Assembly (NCBI GenBank): GCA_033763315.1
Contig: JANRKS010000009.1
Coordinates: 32,001 to 96,000, forward strand
DNA from: Deltaproteobacteria bacterium
Lineage (GTDB): Bacteria; Myxococcota_A; Polyangia; Fen-1088
Length of the DNA: 64,000 nt
Direction of reading: 5' to 3'
A program made the translations under genes and the position numbers. The notes under the pieces were generated by a model, which was given only the letters and a program-made list of their open reading frames with translations, ran no database searches and was not told where the DNA came from. Positions 1-10,420 of this stretch are shown piece after piece; the first letter of the stretch is position 1, and each line of letters opens with the position of its first letter.

Positions 1-1659
1 ACGGGTGCGCAGCTCCATCAACTTGAGTCGTCTTCGGGATTCAGCAGCCTGTCCTACGCCCCTGACGATGCGACCCTTGTAACGAGTGCTGCGGCTGGCA
101 TTGTCACGCAATGGTCGGCGCTGGATGGTCGTTCAAATTGGCGGACCGTTCTCGACGATGGAGTCGACAGTATTCACCACCTGCCCGATGGCAGCGGCGT
201 GGTCGTGAGCAAAGGCGGTAGTCTCGTCACGTTAAGTGCAAGCAACGGAACGGTTGCGCATGAAGTGAGACTGGGTGCAGGAATCTTGGGCGGGGGGATT
301 GTCGGAATCTCCTCAGATGGCAAATATGCGATGGGCAGCTTGCCGAATCGCGTGTCGGCTTGGAGTCTTGAGACAGGAGCTTCGAAATGGGTAGTCGACT
401 CGGGCAAACACCAAGGCCGCGCGTATGCAGTTGAGCCTCAAGGACAGTTTGTTGTGGTTACAAGACCCAGGCCCACTTTGGCCGCCGATCAACCAAAGCC
501 TCTGAGCACCACTGTGGCCCTCCTAAGAGTCACGGATGGCGAGGTCCTAAACAGTATATCGGTGGCTGGTGAAAACACGGCCATGGCCGTGCTTCCCGGG
601 TCGCAAAAGATCGCCTTCGGCACCGCTTCAGGCACGATTGATCTGCTCGACCTGGTGTCAGGCACTTCGTCGCCAATGCTCGCGGCGCCCGCTGATCGCG
701 TGCATGCCCTTGCACCTTCAACGGGCAGCGCGCGCGAGTTGTACACCGACGTCGATCAATTCAACATCTGGAGCGAGGAAGAAGACGCGGTGAAACAAAT
801 CAACCTAACCTCGCGCTGGCCGGTAAACGAATCTCTTGCTTTGTCCCCTAACGGTTCGGTAGTGGCGGTTCTAAAGATTTACGGCATTGAGTCTCGACGA
901 CAGGAGGTGCGCCTCCTTTCAGTACCTGAAGGTCAACCGCTTGCCACCTTTCGGCGCGATGTCACAAGCGCCAGCTTCTCGCCCGACGGACAGAAGGTAC
1001 TCACAACCTGCCATTGCGCAGGAAAGGGCCAATCAATCCAAGAATGGTCGCTGGCAGGACACCTTCTCGCAAGTTTTGGAGACTCAAACTTAAATGTGAG
1101 CAGCGCCGTTTTTGCACCAGATGGTACGCGCTTGGCGGTTATCGCTGCGTCCGGGGCCACGAGTACAGGCATCGTGGGTATGCTCGACTTGCGAACCAAT
1201 CAGATGCTTTGGACAGCCGGGCCGGGCCACGAGGGTGCATTGCGGGGGTTGCGTGGCAATCTGGCGTTCTCACCCGACGGAACCATGCTTGCCTTCAAGG
1301 ATCTGCGACCCGTTGGAACAGGTGCTGTAACTGTTTTCAACTCATCCTCGGGTGCGGTGATCAAGCACATGTCATTGCCAGAGGGCAACGATTCTGGCCT
1401 CGCCTTCAACGAACGCACAGGAATGCCATGGTACTACTCTGGAGGCACCCTCCAATTTTCCCCTGACCAGTCGTACTTGGCAGTGGGTGGGTCAAAAGGC
1501 GTGCACGTATGGCGAACCAGCGATTGGCGGCGCCACGATCCCATCGAGATTCCCGCAGACTCGCTCGTGTTCGATCGCAAGCGCGGCACTCTTATGATTA
1601 CCGACGTTGATGGTTCATTGCGGAAATGGTGTGGGGTGGGCGCCGGTCTGTCTCGATAG
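1..1659 (+). CDS. WD40/beta-propeller repeat protein (5' truncated by window edge)
   Basis: Frame is open from base 1 (TGAQLHQLESSSGFSSLSYAPDDATLVT...). Repeated FSPDG/FAPDG/LSPNG blade motifs followed by W/D-ending strands. Confidence 0.85.
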   Translation, partial: TGAQLHQLESSSGFSSLSYAPDDATLVTSAAAGIVTQWSALDGRSNWRTVLDDGVDSIHHLPDGSGVVVSKGGSLVTLSASNGTVAHEVRLGAGILGGGIVGISSDGKYAMGSLPNRVSAWSLETGASKWVVDSGKHQGRAYAVEPQGQFVVVTRPRPTLAADQPKPLSTTVALLRVTDGEVLNSISVAGENTAMAVLPGSQKIAFGTASGTIDLLDLVSGTSSPMLAAPADRVHALAPSTGSARELYTDVDQFNIWSEEEDAVKQINLTSRWPVNESLALSPNGSVVAVLKIYGIESRRQEVRLLSVPEGQPLATFRRDVTSASFSPDGQKVLTTCHCAGKGQSIQEWSLAGHLLASFGDSNLNVSSAVFAPDGTRLAVIAASGATSTGIVGMLDLRTNQMLWTAGPGHEGALRGLRGNLAFSPDGTMLAFKDLRPVGTGAVTVFNSSSGAVIKHMSLPEGNDSGLAFNERTGMPWYYSGGTLQFSPDQSYLAVGGSKGVHVWRTSDWRRHDPIEIPADSLVFDRKRGTLMITDVDGSLRKWCGVGAGLSR

Positions 1660-1768
1660 CCCTTAACGTGTCTTGGGCGGGTGGGATCGTCGAGCGCCGA
1701 TCAGCTGAAACTTGAGAATATGCCTCTGCGGAAGAGAGAGCAGATGCGCGAGAGCAGGTTCAGGTTTT

Positions 1769-1827
1769 TTCTATTTTAGGTTATGTCGCGGGGGCCAGAT
1801 TTGAACTGACGACCTTCGGGTTATGAG
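1769..1827 (-). repeat. Partial copy of tRNA-fMet 3' half plus downstream flank (att-like direct repeat)
   Basis: ttctattttaggttatgtcgcgggggccagatttgaactgacgaccttcgggttatgag matches 7666-7724 at 57/59 nt; identity stops at the anticodon loop. Confidence 0.9.
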
Positions 1828-2178
1828 GGTTACGGTGGTGTTCCTAAGTTGCCAAAATGCCCTGAAAGCAAGGGTTTCTTAAGAGGGCAAGGGACCCGGA
1901 GGGACTCGGAAGGTCTGCGACGGACGCGGTAAGTGCATCGTTTGTGCATCAAGTGGGTGATGATGCAAACCAGGACGCCATGTGTCTTGAGGGGCCCCTG
2001 GAACAGGATCAGCCGAAAGCCCTCCCGCGCGGCTTGGCAGCAAGAAACTGCGGGCCCCATGGGCTGTGTGCGGACCGGCCGGTGGACGGTCCGGCATATC
2101 AAGCACCAGCATTCTTTCAGGAACACGCCGGTGGGCCGCAAACTGGAACTGCACCACGGGGTGACGTGTGGAGTCTGC

Positions 2179-5100
2179 TCAGAACTCACCTCGTGTCACT
2201 TGGACGTCTCGTGGAGCGTTTGATCCAGTTTGAACGCGCACGTTAATGGTGGTTCCGGGCTCACCTGACAGCAAGGTGCCAATGGCCCTACCGCCAAGGT
2301 CTTCAACGGGACGCCCATCAATGGCAAGGATCCGGTCGCGTCTGAGAATGCCAGACTTAGATGCAGGGCTGTTTTCGTAAATGCCAGTGACCACGGCGTG
2401 CCCACCCTCGTGAGCGACACGAAGACCGGTTTCAGCCATCGCGCCACCGTTGTCGTCTTTGCTCTTTTGGGCAGGAAACAGTTTTACGTTCCCAACGTCA
2501 ATTTGATCCCCGCTTTGTGGGAGCCAAAGCTCTCGCGAATCCCCGATGTGATGCCTGCTGAGAGGTTCGATAAGTAGCAAGCAAGTTGTCCCAGGCATGC
2601 CAGTAGCGATTGTAAATTTGCCGTCTTGGTCTGTACTCACGGGTTTCGGCGGACGCAAAGCTGCGGCCATGAAATCGGTCGCGTCGATTATGGTTGCTGG
2701 AACCCCAGCTCCGTCGACAGCCGACACCACACGCCCCGTGATCTTCTGTGGTTCTCGCAAATGGATCTCGACGTTGCCTTTCGTCTGATTGGCTTTCACT
2801 TCTATGCCGATGGCTGTGCCGCGGGTCTCGTCAGGCGCAATGGCCAACAAATTAAAGGTTCCTTCCTCAATGCCCGCCATGGCGAAGTGGCCTTGCCGGT
2901 CCGTCACAAGTTGGGAAGCCGTTGGGGTACCTTTGATGGGCGCTGCAAACCCGTGCCGATCGTAAGAGCGCACCGGGCTTGCGAGGATCAAATACTGTTT
3001 CACGGGCAAGCCTTTGGCGGAAACCACTCGTCCCGAAATGCCGCCGCTAGCCTTGAAACGAAGAACGTTGCCTTCGGTACCCGAAGCCACGCCCAGCTTC
3101 TGCACATCGGGGTGATCGGGGTGGCGGCCACATAGAGCGAAATTCCCTGTTGGAAGTTTGTCCACCGTGAAGCGGCCCTCAGTGTCGGTGAGATGCTTGC
3201 CGGCGAAAGCACCGTCACAACTGCCCCAGCCGCCTCGACTCTCTTGTTCATCGATTACGCCGATCTGTGCAGCCGCGACAGGCCGACCACTTACGTCTTG
3301 GGCCACACCTGAGATGGATTTGTTTTGGCGAGTCACGGTCAACGAAAGCTCGGATGGAACCACGCCATCGCCCAGAGTGATCTCCTTGAAACTGCGTGGG
3401 TCGGCCTTGCGAAGCATGAATCCCGAATCGGCCGCTCGAGCATTCACGCTGTAGCGGCCAGCCGAGAGGTTAGGTATCTCAAAACGTCCATTGGCCGACG
3501 TGATCGCGCTCGCCGGCATAAAGCCATCGTCTTTACGCACCTCCACAATGGCTTGCGCGGCTGGCGATTCATCATCCCAACGAACCATGCCCTTCAGGGT
3601 CGCTGCCCCACCAAGGCGCAACTTGACCTCGGTGATCTTGTTGGCACTCAGGACCACGCGGGTCGACGCGCTCGCTCGGCAGGGTTCACCAACTGACAGT
3701 GTCCATCCACATTCCGACGCAACTGAGCAACCGGCGGGACCAGCATTTAGTTTGTGAAAATCGATCACACCATTCCGGTCGGAAGGTGAGTCCCCCTCGC
3801 GGCCGATCATGTATGCACCTATCGAGATAATGAGTGTGCCTTGAGCCCCTTGGACGGGTCTGTCATTTGTATCTGTGACGAGAACGCGCAGGAGTGCTTC
3901 GTTTTGCAGTTGAAGGTCCACTGCGGTGAGTGGTTTATCTATAAGGCTGAGGCTCATGCTTGCAGCTGCAAAGCCATCCAACGTGGCGTTTAGATTCGGC
4001 TGCCCCGGCGATACGCCATCGAGTCTATATCGACCATCCTTGTCGGTGAAGGTCGTAAGTTCATTGGTGCCGGTGATAACCGGAGCAGGGCCGATAGCAA
4101 CCGTAGCTCCCGCCAATGCCCCCCCCTTTGTGTCGGTGATTCTTCCTGCCACCGAGAGCCCTGGACTCATTTCAACGACAACGTCGGCAACGTCACCGAG
4201 TGCCAGCCTTACAGGGAGCGGGGTCCTCCCCACAAGTGATGCGGATTTTGCATCAAGTTGATACTTACCCGGATCGAGGCCGTCCGTTGAAAAGCGGCCC
4301 CTGGCATCCGTGATAACAGCGTTCGATGGCAAACCCAACCCAAACGAATAGAGTGGAGACACAACGACCTGAGCAGCCACCACCGGCGTGCCAGACCCGG
4401 CTTCAATCACCTTGCCGCTGATTCGAGCCGCTGGATTCAAACGGAATATGCGGTGGGTGTCATCGACAAGCGTCAGCCACTCTCGTGAGGTCGCATATCC
4501 ATTGGCGCCTATCTGAAGTTCAGCTGATCCGCGCGATAACCACAACTCGAAATGGCCCGCCGAATCTGCTTGTGTTTCTGCTGTGGCAAACGTGTTCTCG
4601 GCATCTGCACGACTGGCATTCTCCAAGGGTAGAAAGATGCTAGCTGTTGCGGAAGGAATGGCGCCACCTCCAGTGTCCACCACGTTTCCTGAGAGAGTGA
4701 CACCGCCGGCCAATAGTTCGACGACAACGTCTTTAAGGTCCTGAGCAGGATCAAGACTGATGGGAACGCCCTTGGTTTGGTATCCCTTTGCGCTTGCCGC
4801 CATGGCCAACAGCCCTGGACGAACCTTTTCCAGCCGGAAACGACCTTGCGCGTCCGTGAGCTTGGAAACAGAGAACGTTCCTGAAGAAGGGGTAAGAGAC
4901 CTCTTGAGCATCCCTTGCAGCCGCGATGTTACTGTCACCCACGCACCTGCGATGGGCATTCCCTTGGTGTCTGTGACCTTGCCTTCCACCGAGCCATGTT
5001 CGGCGCTTGACGGAAACATGAAAGCGGGGCGAAGCGAAGGACCGTCGTGGTCGTCAGATGCCGCTACTGGAGGTTGCGGATCAGGTTGAGGACCGCGCGT

Positions 5101-5835
5101 ATTGCGAGCAAAGATTAAAAGCCCGGCAAGAAGGGCCGCCCCGATCGCAGCAATGCCAACCTTCGTCATGGCTTTGCTGGCCAAGATTGCCGGACGCACC
5201 ACGGTGCCCACGAGAAAGGTCGAGGGCACCAGCGCCCCCAACCATCGATTGCCTTCTCGCTCTTCCTCAGTCCTTAGGTCATTGCGAAGGCGATCGAGCG
5301 CTTCTTTTAGCTGTCGCCGAACAGTGCCAGCGGGGATGCCGAGACATTGGCCGATCTCGGTGGCGTTCTTGTGCTCATAGAATCGAAGCAGGATGACGTT
5401 CTTGTGCCGCGGCTCAAGCTTTGTCACAAGGCGCGCAATGGCTTGATAGGCTTCGGCGCGCATAGCCAACACATCTGGTGATTCAGTCGCGGTATCTTGT
5501 AGAGCTCCCGCCGCGGCTTCATGTCGCCACCGCCGGTCTTCAGCTCGGTACCGACGCCGAACAAAGTTGTGCACCACCCGCGCCAACCATGGCTGGGCCG
5601 GCAGCGACGGATCGGGCGGTCGACGAATCGTGGCGGTCCACGTCTCCTGAACGGCATCGTCCCCCACGTCGCGTCCACCCGCCAGATGCATCGCCAGTCC
5701 GCGAAGCCATCCCGCATGCTCAAGTAAGTGCTCGATCGCCGTGTTTTCGTACTGTCGATTCACAACCTGTCTATCCCGGCCAACGGGCAAGTGTTCGCGG
5801 AAACAGCCGCCCGCCGACCAGGCCCCATGACGCAA
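2179..5835 (-). CDS. ECF sigma-70 factor fused to a TM helix, ~9 carboxypeptidase-regulatory-like (Cna-B-type) repeats and a C-terminal PDZ domain
   Basis: Sigma region 2 (DDAVQETW...WLARVVHNF) and region 4 (VILLRFYEHKNATEIGQCLGIPAGTVRRQL). Hydrophobic KVGIAAIGAALLAGLLIFA. Repeats GxVxDxxGxPxxGAxV...TDxxGxF. PDZ-like VVTGIYENSPASKSGILRRDRILAIDG. Real start may be GTG at 5763. Confidence 0.85.
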   Translation of the reverse strand: MRHGAWSAGGCFREHLPVGRDRQVVNRQYENTAIEHLLEHAGWLRGLAMHLAGGRDVGDDAVQETWTATIRRPPDPSLPAQPWLARVVHNFVRRRYRAEDRRWRHEAAAGALQDTATESPDVLAMRAEAYQAIARLVTKLEPRHKNVILLRFYEHKNATEIGQCLGIPAGTVRRQLKEALDRLRNDLRTEEEREGNRWLGALVPSTFLVGTVVRPAILASKAMTKVGIAAIGAALLAGLLIFARNTRGPQPDPQPPVAASDDHDGPSLRPAFMFPSSAEHGSVEGKVTDTKGMPIAGAWVTVTSRLQGMLKRSLTPSSGTFSVSKLTDAQGRFRLEKVRPGLLAMAASAKGYQTKGVPISLDPAQDLKDVVVELLAGGVTLSGNVVDTGGGAIPSATASIFLPLENASRADAENTFATAETQADSAGHFELWLSRGSAELQIGANGYATSREWLTLVDDTHRIFRLNPAARISGKVIEAGSGTPVVAAQVVVSPLYSFGLGLPSNAVITDARGRFSTDGLDPGKYQLDAKSASLVGRTPLPVRLALGDVADVVVEMSPGLSVAGRITDTKGGALAGATVAIGPAPVITGTNELTTFTDKDGRYRLDGVSPGQPNLNATLDGFAAASMSLSLIDKPLTAVDLQLQNEALLRVLVTDTNDRPVQGAQGTLIISIGAYMIGREGDSPSDRNGVIDFHKLNAGPAGCSVASECGWTLSVGEPCRASASTRVVLSANKITEVKLRLGGAATLKGMVRWDDESPAAQAIVEVRKDDGFMPASAITSANGRFEIPNLSAGRYSVNARAADSGFMLRKADPRSFKEITLGDGVVPSELSLTVTRQNKSISGVAQDVSGRPVAAAQIGVIDEQESRGGWGSCDGAFAGKHLTDTEGRFTVDKLPTGNFALCGRHPDHPDVQKLGVASGTEGNVLRFKASGGISGRVVSAKGLPVKQYLILASPVRSYDRHGFAAPIKGTPTASQLVTDRQGHFAMAGIEEGTFNLLAIAPDETRGTAIGIEVKANQTKGNVEIHLREPQKITGRVVSAVDGAGVPATIIDATDFMAAALRPPKPVSTDQDGKFTIATGMPGTTCLLLIEPLSRHHIGDSRELWLPQSGDQIDVGNVKLFPAQKSKDDNGGAMAETGLRVAHEGGHAVVTGIYENSPASKSGILRRDRILAIDGRPVEDLGGRAIGTLLSGEPGTTINVRVQTGSNAPRDVQVTRGEF

Positions 5836-5877
5836 ACATCAACTACTTGGTCGTTCTCCTGACCCGGGCGATAGCGA

Positions 5878-6678
5878 TCAGGGTCCAACCGCGAACCATG
5901 TGCAGCGGCCATCTATGCAGCCGCATAGCGCTTTTTCGAGACTGTGGTTGTATTCACACGTTCCCACGCCAGTTGGCTCTCGGGTCGTTACGCACTGATT
6001 TCCGCATCCGGCTCGTGCGCATTCCCCATCATGGCTGCAAGCATTTAAGCCTACGCCGATCAGGCTGCCTGGCCGATGGATAGGCGTCCGCTGCAATCCT
6101 GGGCGATAGCCCAGTTGCTCAGCACAATGGGCATGGTAGGGCTGGGGACCACAGGCAGGATCGCCTCCAACACATCGAGGTCCGGGAGGGACGATTTGGC
6201 GGACTTGAACGCGGAGCGTGGCCTCTGATGCACCGAGGGACTCGACGGCGGAAGCCATTGTTCGCGCCAATTCCACGGGACCGATAAGGCCTGATCGCAC
6301 ATGGATCAGAACGCAGACATCGTGGTGCTCCCCTGGACGCTCGCCTTTGCAGGTACAGCCCCCTAGCCCGGATAAATTCGTCCAATGCTCTGGCAATGTC
6401 TTGTAGAGGGCCGTATTAACGCTGCGAAGTTCGGCCTCGACCATTTCTCGCTTCCCTTCGCGGCTGACAAGGTATTCCCCGGGGGTGACACAGGCCCGAA
6501 GGGTAGCGCCGACCTCGTCGATCGCCGCAATAGTTGCCGCATCGTCAGGAACGTGGGCGGCTGGATGTCGCTGAACCGCAGCCGGCCGTGCCGTCGGGCA
6601 AGGTGTCGAAAGGTGGCCACAGTGGCCGCAGAGAAGGAGCAACAACGCTGGGAACATAACAGGCCATGTTCTTCTCAT
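5878..6678 (-). CDS. Secreted/lipoprotein hypothetical with C-terminal eight-cysteine-cluster-like domain
   Basis: Hydrophobic N-terminus LLLLLCG. C-terminal C-x5-C-x4-C-x3-C...C...CxC-x4-C-x-W. Confidence 0.6.
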   Translation of the reverse strand: MRRTWPVMFPALLLLLCGHCGHLSTPCPTARPAAVQRHPAAHVPDDAATIAAIDEVGATLRACVTPGEYLVSREGKREMVEAELRSVNTALYKTLPEHWTNLSGLGGCTCKGERPGEHHDVCVLIHVRSGLIGPVELARTMASAVESLGASEATLRVQVRQIVPPGPRCVGGDPACGPQPYHAHCAEQLGYRPGLQRTPIHRPGSLIGVGLNACSHDGECARAGCGNQCVTTREPTGVGTCEYNHSLEKALCGCIDGRCTWFAVGP

Positions 6679-7047
6679 TGAGCCTCACTTCGTCCGTCGA
6701 GCGTGATGGCGTAGGAAGCCTCGACATGTTCGCGTCTATGCTTTCGAATTAGAACGGAAGAGTTCATGTTGTCTCGCCAATGTGAAGGAATTAAGCAGCG
6801 GTCGTGAGGTGGGTTAGCCAGCGCGTTCGCCGCCGATCGGGCTGACCTGCCTGGTTTTGTCGGACCACAAACTGGTGAGTCTTGCCGCAAATAGGAAGGA
6901 CAAGCGCGACCGTCAGGGCTAAATTCGATCGACTTGCCCGTCCACCGGACACATCAAACCGCTCGTTGTCGATACTCAACGGGCGGCATCACTGTAAAGG
7001 CTTTGCGCCGCGGTGGTGACCCTCAAGCCTGGCGCTCCCCCAAACGC

Positions 7048-7086
7048 AAAAAAGCCTCCGAGCGCCACGTGGGCTCCCGAAGGCTT
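7048..7086 (-). terminator. Rho-independent terminator of the RRM gene
   Basis: Minus strand AAGCCTTCGGGAGC...GCGCTCGGAGGCTT hairpin running into a T tract. Confidence 0.7.
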
Positions 7087-7121
7087 CTTCTCGCGCAGCT
7101 AAAAGCTAACGCGTGTGCTGG

Positions 7122-7508
7122 CTACCAGCGACCGCCGCCGCCACCGCCGCTGCGACCACCGCCGCCGCCGCCGTAACCACCACCGCCACCGCTGCGACCA
7201 CCGCCACCGCCGCCGTAACCACCACCGCCACCGCCGCCACGGCCACCGCCGCCGCCGCTGGAGCGCTCTTGAGCTTCGTTCACGTTCAACGTGCGGCCTT
7301 GGTAGTCGCGGCCGTTGAGGTTGTTGATGGCTGTGCCGGCTTCTGCCTCGGTGCCCATTTCAACAAAGCCGAAGCCGCGTGGCCGGCCGGTTTCGCGATC
7401 CGTCACCAGCTTGCAATCGGCCACGTGGCCTGATTGTGCGAACAAGTCGCGCAGTTCGGACTCGTTAACGTCGAACGACAAATTACCTACGAACAGTCTC
7501 TTACCCAT
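7122..7508 (-). CDS. RRM (RNP-1) RNA-binding protein with Gly-rich tail
   Basis: RNP2 LFVGNL and RNP1 RGFGFVEM; GGGGY/GGGR tail. Alternative start at 7523. Confidence 0.95.
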   Translation of the reverse strand: MGKRLFVGNLSFDVNESELRDLFAQSGHVADCKLVTDRETGRPRGFGFVEMGTEAEAGTAINNLNGRDYQGRTLNVNEAQERSSGGGGGRGGGGGGGYGGGGGGRSGGGGGYGGGGGGRSGGGGGGRW

Positions 7509-7623
7509 GTGTCTCGTATCCATCTTGGAATCACGTGTTGTTTGAAATTCAGATGCCCCGTTGATTCCGAAAACGGCTACCCGACTTGTCCCCTACGCCC
7601 TGCCCAAATCTACCCCTGAAAGC

Positions 7624-7648
7624 AAAAAGCCCGGTTTTACAACCGGGC
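7624..7648 (-). terminator. Terminator downstream of tRNA-fMet
   Basis: gcccggtt-ttac-aaccgggc perfect 8-bp stem with T5 on the minus strand. Confidence 0.7.
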
Positions 7649-7682
7649 GATTTTCCTAGGTTCTATTCTATTTTAAGTTATG

Positions 7683-7756
<74 letters not shown>

Positions 7757-7796
7757 TCAGGGTGTCTGTCGGTTGGTGTCCGTCAGAGGTGGGCGT

Positions 7797-7824
7797 ATTT
7801 TGACCACAAAAGCTCCGGGGTCAA
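7797..7824 (-). promoter_or_regulatory. Candidate sigma-70 promoter of the tRNA
   Basis: Minus strand TTGACC-16 nt-CAAAAT followed by a GC-rich discriminator-like stretch. Confidence 0.4.
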
Positions 7825-7964
7825 GAGGACTTGTGGGAAAAAATTAACTTGGCCGAAACTCTTTCGCCCCAACCCCGTACTTCCTTACGAACGGGTTACG
7901 CCGCTGGCCACCAAAGCCTCGGCCGCCACCTGAGGTCAACCAACCAGGCAAAGGGAACAGCACC

Positions 7965-8462
7965 ATGGAAACGATCGTAAACTTGTGGGCCAGGGCATTG
8001 CGCGTGGTAAAGCGACTGGAGTTCGTGGGGCCCTTGCTCATGCGCGTGTGCATCGGCGTGCTGTTTGCGCAATCAGGGTGGGGGAAGTTGCACAACATCG
8101 AGCGCACCACCCAGTTCTTCGCCAGCTTGCACATCCCCGCGCCCGGCGTTCAGGCCGTGTTCGTAGCGCTTGTTGAGTTGGTGGGCGGCGTCTTGTTGCT
8201 GGCCGGCCTGGGCACACGCATCGCGGCCGTGTTCCTATCGGGTACCATGGTCGTGGCGTTGTTAACCGCCGTTGAATACGAAGGCTTTGCCGGCTTCCTC
8301 ACCGCCAACGAAACGATCTATCTTGTGGCCCTATGGTGGTTGGCTTTGGCAGGCGCAGGGAAGGCCTCGGTGGATGCTTTGATCGCCAACAGGTTCTCGA
8401 ACAAACTCGCAAAGACGTCTGAAGATGAAGCTGTTCGTGTACGGCACGCTCATGCGGGGTGA
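7965..8462 (+). CDS. DoxX family membrane protein
   Basis: LLMRVCIGVLFAQSGWGKL...ELVGGVLLLAGLGTRIAA...GAGKASVD. Confidence 0.9.
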   Translation: METIVNLWARALRVVKRLEFVGPLLMRVCIGVLFAQSGWGKLHNIERTTQFFASLHIPAPGVQAVFVALVELVGGVLLLAGLGTRIAAVFLSGTMVVALLTAVEYEGFAGFLTANETIYLVALWWLALAGAGKASVDALIANRFSNKLAKTSEDEAVRVRHAHAG

Positions 8463-8820
8463 ATGCAATGAGGAGCGCCTGCGTGGCGCGCGCTTCATTG
8501 GCGTGGATTGCACGCCACCCATTTACTCGCTGGTGAACCTCGGGCCGTATCCGGGGCTGATCGAGGCGGGGACCACCGCTGTGCACGGTGAAGTTTACGA
8601 GATCGACGACGTTCTCCTGGCCGCCTTGGACGCGTTCGAAGAACACCCTGATGTGTATTTGCGCACCATGATCGACCTTGAGTCGCGGCAAAGCGCCTTC
8701 GCTTATGTGCTGCGGCCCGAGCACGCCGCCGCCGCCACGCCCCTGGCGCGGGGTGATTGGCGCCAACGCCCCGCCATCGAAGTGCCCTGGGACGTAGGGC
8801 CCCTTCACGGCCTCAAGTGA
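8425..8820 (+). CDS. Gamma-glutamylcyclotransferase (AIG2-like/GGACT) family protein
   Basis: LFVYGTLMRG, GPYPGL, VHGEVY, LDAFE motifs. Confidence 0.9.
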   Translation: MKLFVYGTLMRGECNEERLRGARFIGVDCTPPIYSLVNLGPYPGLIEAGTTAVHGEVYEIDDVLLAALDAFEEHPDVYLRTMIDLESRQSAFAYVLRPEHAAAATPLARGDWRQRPAIEVPWDVGPLHGLK

Positions 8821-8880
8821 GTGACGGGTCGGCTCGCTTTGTGGACGCTGGCGGCGCGTCCGGTTAGCCTGGGTGAACGC

Positions 8881-9198
8881 GTGCCGAAGTTAACGTTTTT
8901 GCCTCAGAACCTTGAAGTGCAATGCGCTGAGGGTGAATCCGTGTTCGACGCCGCCCGCCGATCCGGCATTCCCGTGAGCACCGCGTGCGTGGGCCGTGGC
9001 ACGTGCGGCTTGTGCCGCGTCCGTGTGATGGCGGGCGAAGAAAACCTTTCGGCGTTCACCGAAGCCGAGAAGCGTCATCTGGGGAATGTATATTTTCTCA
9101 CCAAAGAGCGCCTGAGTTGCCAAACGCGGCTCAACGGCGACGCCACCGTTGAAGCGCGAATTCAAGAAGCGCGACCGCTGCCACTGAAGCGAAAATAA
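8881..9198 (+). CDS. 2Fe-2S ferredoxin
   Basis: [10 protein letters not shown]...ERLSCQ. Probable GTG start at 8881. Confidence 0.9.
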   Translation: MPKLTFLPQNLEVQCAEGESVFDAARRSGIPVSTACVGRGTCGLCRVRVMAGEENLSAFTEAEKRHLGNVYFLTKERLSCQTRLNGDATVEARIQEARPLPLKRK

Positions 9199-9394
9199 AG
9201 CGCCGCGCCTCACCAGCGTCGCCCACGGGCGCAACCCGGCGTGGGGTTTGGTTTATACGCAAAAGCGTCGATGATTTGACGCAGGCGTTTTCGCTGTTCG
9301 CGGTGAAAACTTATGTTGCGATGTGGGATTTTTTGTTATACCCCGAAGCATGGCTTAGGTGCGCGATTGCGCCGCTGTCAGCAGGACCAACCTC

Positions 9395-10417
9395 ATGAGC
9401 ACACTGCGTTTCGCAACATTCGGCGCCGGCTTCTGGGCGCAATTTCAACTGGCCGCCTGGCGCGAGCTGCCGCAGAACCAATGTGTGGCCATCTCCAATC
9501 CCACGCGGTCCAAAGCCGAGGCCTTGGCAAAGCGGATGGAGATCGCGGGCGTCTATTCGGATCCTGCTGAGCTCTTGGCGAAAGAGACGCTTGATTTCGT
9601 CGACATCATCAGCTCCGTGGAAAGCCACTATATGCTCGCGCAGCTGGCGATTGACAAGCGTCTGCCGGTGATCTGCCAAAAGCCGATGACTGAAACGTTT
9701 GAGCAGGCCGAGCACCTGGTGCGGCTTGCGAAACAGGCGAACGTGCCGCTGTTTGTGCACGAGAATTTTCGTTGGCAAGCGCCCGTGCGCGCGGCCGCGG
9801 CGTTGTTGTCGGCCGGCGCGATCGGCGAGCCTTTCCGCGGTCGCATCGATTTTATCTCGGGCTTCCCTGTGTTCGACAACCAGCCCGCACTCAAATCGAT
9901 GAATCCGTTTATCCTGATGGATGTGGGCACCCACGTGTTGGACGTGGCGCGCTTCTTGTTCGGCGAAGCCAGCAAAGTCTATTGCCAAGCGCAGCAGATT
10001 CACACTGACATCGCCGGTGAAGACGTGGCCACCGTCACGCTTTCTATGAAATCTGGCGCCACAGTGTTGTGCCAAATGGCGTATGCGGGAACCCCCGTTG
10101 AGCGCGAAGCTTTCCCGCAGCCGTTGCTGTTCGTCGAAGGCACCAAAGGAAGCTTGGAATTGGGCCCCGATTGCACCATCCGTTTAACCACCGCCGAAGG
10201 CACCAAAGTCACCAAGCATTTGCCGCCGCGGTATCCATGGCTTGATCCTGCGTATGCCGTGGTTCACGCCAGCATCGTGCCGTGCAATCGCGACATTTTA
10301 AACGCGCTGCTGGGGCAAGCCCCGGCCGAAACCACAGGCGAAGACAACCTCGAAACTTTACGCCTGGTGTTTGCCGCGATCGAATCGGCGCGCAGCGGGC
10401 TTGTTCAGAAAATCTGA
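9395..10417 (+). CDS. apsD: Gfo/Idh/MocA oxidoreductase, probable D-apiose dehydrogenase (ApsD-like)
   Basis: GAGFWA Rossmann start, ICQKP, HENFRWQ, DVGTHVLD. Substrate inferred from its operon position with the RLP, kinase and ApnO-like genes. Confidence 0.65.
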   Translation: MSTLRFATFGAGFWAQFQLAAWRELPQNQCVAISNPTRSKAEALAKRMEIAGVYSDPAELLAKETLDFVDIISSVESHYMLAQLAIDKRLPVICQKPMTETFEQAEHLVRLAKQANVPLFVHENFRWQAPVRAAAALLSAGAIGEPFRGRIDFISGFPVFDNQPALKSMNPFILMDVGTHVLDVARFLFGEASKVYCQAQQIHTDIAGEDVATVTLSMKSGATVLCQMAYAGTPVEREAFPQPLLFVEGTKGSLELGPDCTIRLTTAEGTKVTKHLPPRYPWLDPAYAVVHASIVPCNRDILNALLGQAPAETTGEDNLETLRLVFAAIESARSGLVQKI

Positions 10418-10420
10418 TTC

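Noticed and set aside
1830-2178. Integrase remnant inside the islet
   Set aside because: No R-H-R-Y or serine recombinase motifs found in the listed ORFs covering this stretch.
7128-7260. CCG/CCA tandem repeats as a repeat element or CRISPR
   Set aside because: They encode the Gly-rich tail of the RRM protein; there is no spacer structure.
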